IMG/VR virus record: IMGVR_UViG_3300006112_000009
Reading direction: 5' to 3' (one strand)
Length of the DNA: 20,000 nt
From: an uncultured virus (IMG/VR IMGVR_UViG_3300006112_000009)
Taxonomy: Duplodnaviria > Heunggongvirae > Uroviricota > Caudoviricetes
Shown: piece by piece, positions 17,810 through 20,000 of the stretch
Numbering within the stretch: position 1 is the first letter of the stretch
Layout of the letters: the number at the start of each line of letters is the position of its first letter
Notes under the pieces: model-generated
Databases searched by the model: none
What the model saw: only the letters and a program-made list of their open reading frames with translations
Told to the model about the DNA's origin: nothing
Translations under genes and position numbers: made by a program

Positions 17810-18640
17810 ATGCGTATACCAAACATCAATTTAGCAAAAGCACAAAACATCAAAGCAGCTTTCCAAGCAGCAAGTAGAGGTAAGTATCACTGGGTGCGTG
17901 ATACCCCGGATTCAAGAGACCAAATCTATCAATTGCAACCACTACAAACTACACCCGGTACTGTAGATTTGCGTCAGTATGCAAGCCCTATTGATGACCA
18001 AGGTAATTTAGGAAGCTGTACAGGTAATGCGATTGCAGGACAAATTGATTTGATTGATAAAAAAGGTGGTAAAAATCTACGTGTAAGTCGTTTGTTCATT
18101 TACTATCAAGAGCGTGTATTGGAAGGGACAACACGTTATGACTCAGGTGCTTATATCCGTGATGGTATCAAAGCATGTTATACATACGGTGCCCCATTAG
18201 AAAGTCTATGGCCTTATAATATCAACCAGTTTGCAGTTAAACCTAACACAGCAGCAACAAATGATGCATTAAATCGTAAAGTTACAGGGTATCAAAAATG
18301 TACAGATTTTAACGCAGTCAAAAATGCATTAGCAAACGGAAATCCAGTCACTATTGGATTTGACGTATATAGTAGTTTTGAGTCAGGAAACTGGTATAAT
18401 ACTACAGGTATCATGCCTTACCCTAACACAAACAGAGAATCATTATTAGGTGGACATGCTGTATGTTTAGTTGGTTACAATGACAACTTAAACAATAGTG
18501 GTCATGGTTATTTCCTAGCAAGAAACAGTTGGGGAACAAGCTGGGGATTACAGGGTTATTTCTGGATGCCATATCAAGTTATTCAGAACACTAATATGAG
18601 TTCAGACTTCTGGTTAATCTCAGCAGTACATAATCCATAA
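17810..18640 (+). CDS. Papain-family (C1) cysteine peptidase, xylellain-like
   Basis: VDLR...DQGNLGSCTGNA (oxyanion Q, catalytic C), SRLFIYY, GGHAVCLVGY (catalytic H), RNSWGTSWGLQGYF (catalytic N). No obvious signal peptide. Confidence 0.92.
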   Translation: MRIPNINLAKAQNIKAAFQAASRGKYHWVRDTPDSRDQIYQLQPLQTTPGTVDLRQYASPIDDQGNLGSCTGNAIAGQIDLIDKKGGKNLRVSRLFIYYQERVLEGTTRYDSGAYIRDGIKACYTYGAPLESLWPYNINQFAVKPNTAATNDALNRKVTGYQKCTDFNAVKNALANGNPVTIGFDVYSSFESGNWYNTTGIMPYPNTNRESLLGGHAVCLVGYNDNLNNSGHGYFLARNSWGTSWGLQGYFWMPYQVIQNTNMSSDFWLISAVHNP

Positions 18641-18663
18641 AAACAAATCTTTTAAAAAAGCGA

Positions 18664-18669
18664 TAAATA
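18664..18669 (+). promoter_or_regulatory. T4-like late promoter core (GATAAATA)
   Basis: In the 52-nt gap before the ATG at 18693; weak SD GGA at 18680-18682. Confidence 0.65.
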
Positions 18670-18692
18670 TCTAATATACGGAATTTATCTAT

Positions 18693-20000
18693 ATGAAAAT
18701 ATCATCGCTTTTAGAAAACATCACACCATCAAGTGACCCAGCAAACGCTACAAGTCCTGCCCCTCAATTTGGTCGTTCAAACAAGGTCTTAGAAAAGAAA
18801 GACAAAGTTGAAGAAACTAGTGCAGGTGCTACTGGTTCAGGATCAGTTGCTACTGTATCAAATCCAATCGGTGGAATGAAGTCACGTGGTAGTATTTTTT
18901 CTGGTGTAAAAACTAGCTCAAAATATCCCAACAGCAGAAAAGCTGGCATCAAAGAAAATAAAGAAGTAGAAGAAGGTCGATATTATAATCGTGATGCATA
19001 TCAACGTGACTATGATTCAAGTCGTACAGGGTTTGGTCGTAGAGGGCGTGAAGACGATGAATATGTCAATGGACCAGATAAACTAACTTACAAAGTTCGT
19101 ATCTTAGTAATTAACCCAGAAGGTGCTGAGGAAGATAGAACTGTAACTATCACTACGGCAAAAGGTCCTGAATTTGCAAAAACACGTTCAATTAAACATT
19201 TAACTGACAAGGGTTATAAAATTCGTAAAGTATTTGATCCTGTAGAATCAGGATTAAATGAAGATGATGAAGCTGAGGGTGAAACATTAAAAAATAGTCT
19301 TCACACTATCATTCGTGTAGCACAAGATTTAGACAAAAGATTAGGTGTTGGTGATGACTTCCCTGAGTGGGTAAGTGAAAAGATTGGTGCAACTAAAGGT
19401 ATGTTAGTTGGAGTCATGGACTATCTAATCAGCGACCAAGAGATGGATCACGATCCTGATGCAGTTGGTGATACACATCGTGAAGTAGACGAAGCAAGTC
19501 CTAGCACAACATTCAATGTTCTTAAAGGACTAAAGACTTATCAAGTTGTTATTATGAACAACTACTATAGAGGTAAGTACAGTGATTATAGTGGTCGTTA
19601 TTACTATGTGTTAGCACATAGCCCAGAAGAAGCCAAGCAAGTTGTATTGGACAACGCAGACGGTATCTTACAAGAACTATTAGCAATGAAGTCACATAAT
19701 GGTAAGAAGATTCTTCCTCGTGGCTCTGCTGTTCGCATCACACCTGAACGCATCGGCAAGATTGAAGACGGTACAGTTGCAGGTCGTATGAGTACAGCAG
19801 GCTTTAAGAAAATGTTTGGCCCAGAAGGTCAAATGATGGTTAAACTATCAGGCGGCAATGTTGTTGATATTCAAGGTGAAGAGCAAGGTGTGACGGAATC
19901 TAGCAATAAATGGAAAGTTGTTTTAGCAAGTGATCCTAAAGGTGAATCATATGAGTTTGATGCTCACGATGAGGATCACGCCAACGGAGTAGCACAAGAC
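18693..20000 (+). CDS. 3'-truncated modular protein, putative capsid-internal polyprotein (>=436 aa; absent from the ORF track)
   Basis: Open from ATG 18693 to the window end: MKISSLLENITPSS...KVEETSAGATGSGSVATVSNP...GIKENKEVEEGRYY...GLNEDDEAEG...FPEWVSEKI...EVDEASPS...EEQGVTESSNKWKV... Confidence 0.75.
   Translation, partial: MKISSLLENITPSSDPANATSPAPQFGRSNKVLEKKDKVEETSAGATGSGSVATVSNPIGGMKSRGSIFSGVKTSSKYPNSRKAGIKENKEVEEGRYYNRDAYQRDYDSSRTGFGRRGREDDEYVNGPDKLTYKVRILVINPEGAEEDRTVTITTAKGPEFAKTRSIKHLTDKGYKIRKVFDPVESGLNEDDEAEGETLKNSLHTIIRVAQDLDKRLGVGDDFPEWVSEKIGATKGMLVGVMDYLISDQEMDHDPDAVGDTHREVDEASPSTTFNVLKGLKTYQVVIMNNYYRGKYSDYSGRYYYVLAHSPEEAKQVVLDNADGILQELLAMKSHNGKKILPRGSAVRITPERIGKIEDGTVAGRMSTAGFKKMFGPEGQMMVKLSGGNVVDIQGEEQGVTESSNKWKVVLASDPKGESYEFDAHDEDHANGVAQD

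Noticed and set aside
1184..18952. Numerous short ORFs in the track overlapping long genes (e.g. 1184-1546, 1534-1857, 3485-3751, 5690-6034, 10714-10899, 17333-17548, 17640-17822, 18764-18952)
   Set aside because: They are antisense or off-frame shadows of well-supported genes, with no motifs, SD or promoter support.
1..20000. CRISPR array, tRNA/rRNA genes, integrase or transposase
   Set aside because: No regularly spaced DNA repeats, all intergenic gaps are about 70 nt or less and explained by promoters/terminator, and no recombinase motifs were recognised.

Overview
AT-rich, gene-dense, standard-genetic-code window from the late (virion) region of a large T4-like/jumbo tailed phage. The assignment rests on T4-type late promoter motifs (TAAATA/TATAAATA) in most short intergenic gaps and on a ~14 kb cluster of tail-fibre/adhesin genes (2889-16727) with Mtd_N-like N-termini, C1q-like, beta-propeller, LamG and Hint domains. 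Several enzymes flank the cluster: a GT-A glycosyltransferase with a histone-H1-like tail, a Pol-beta-superfamily nucleotidyltransferase, an inverted methyltransferase-like + divergent QueC-like pair, and a papain-family (C1) protease. Both window ends hold partial modular ORFs. These look like capsid-internal polyproteins whose unrelated modules are separated by [ILV]-x-E sites resembling prohead-protease cut sites, including a Q-[GS]-V-[AT]-E linker that is also conserved at the DNA level. Most interesting candidates: (1) this cassette-like polyprotein architecture, (2) a tail protein with a non-splicing Hint autoprocessing domain, (3) a possibly virion-packaged nucleotidyltransferase, (4) the late-expressed MTase/QueC-like pair, and (5) leaderless late mRNAs and an RBS-sequestering hairpin. 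All protein family calls come from motif recognition by eye; no searches were run.
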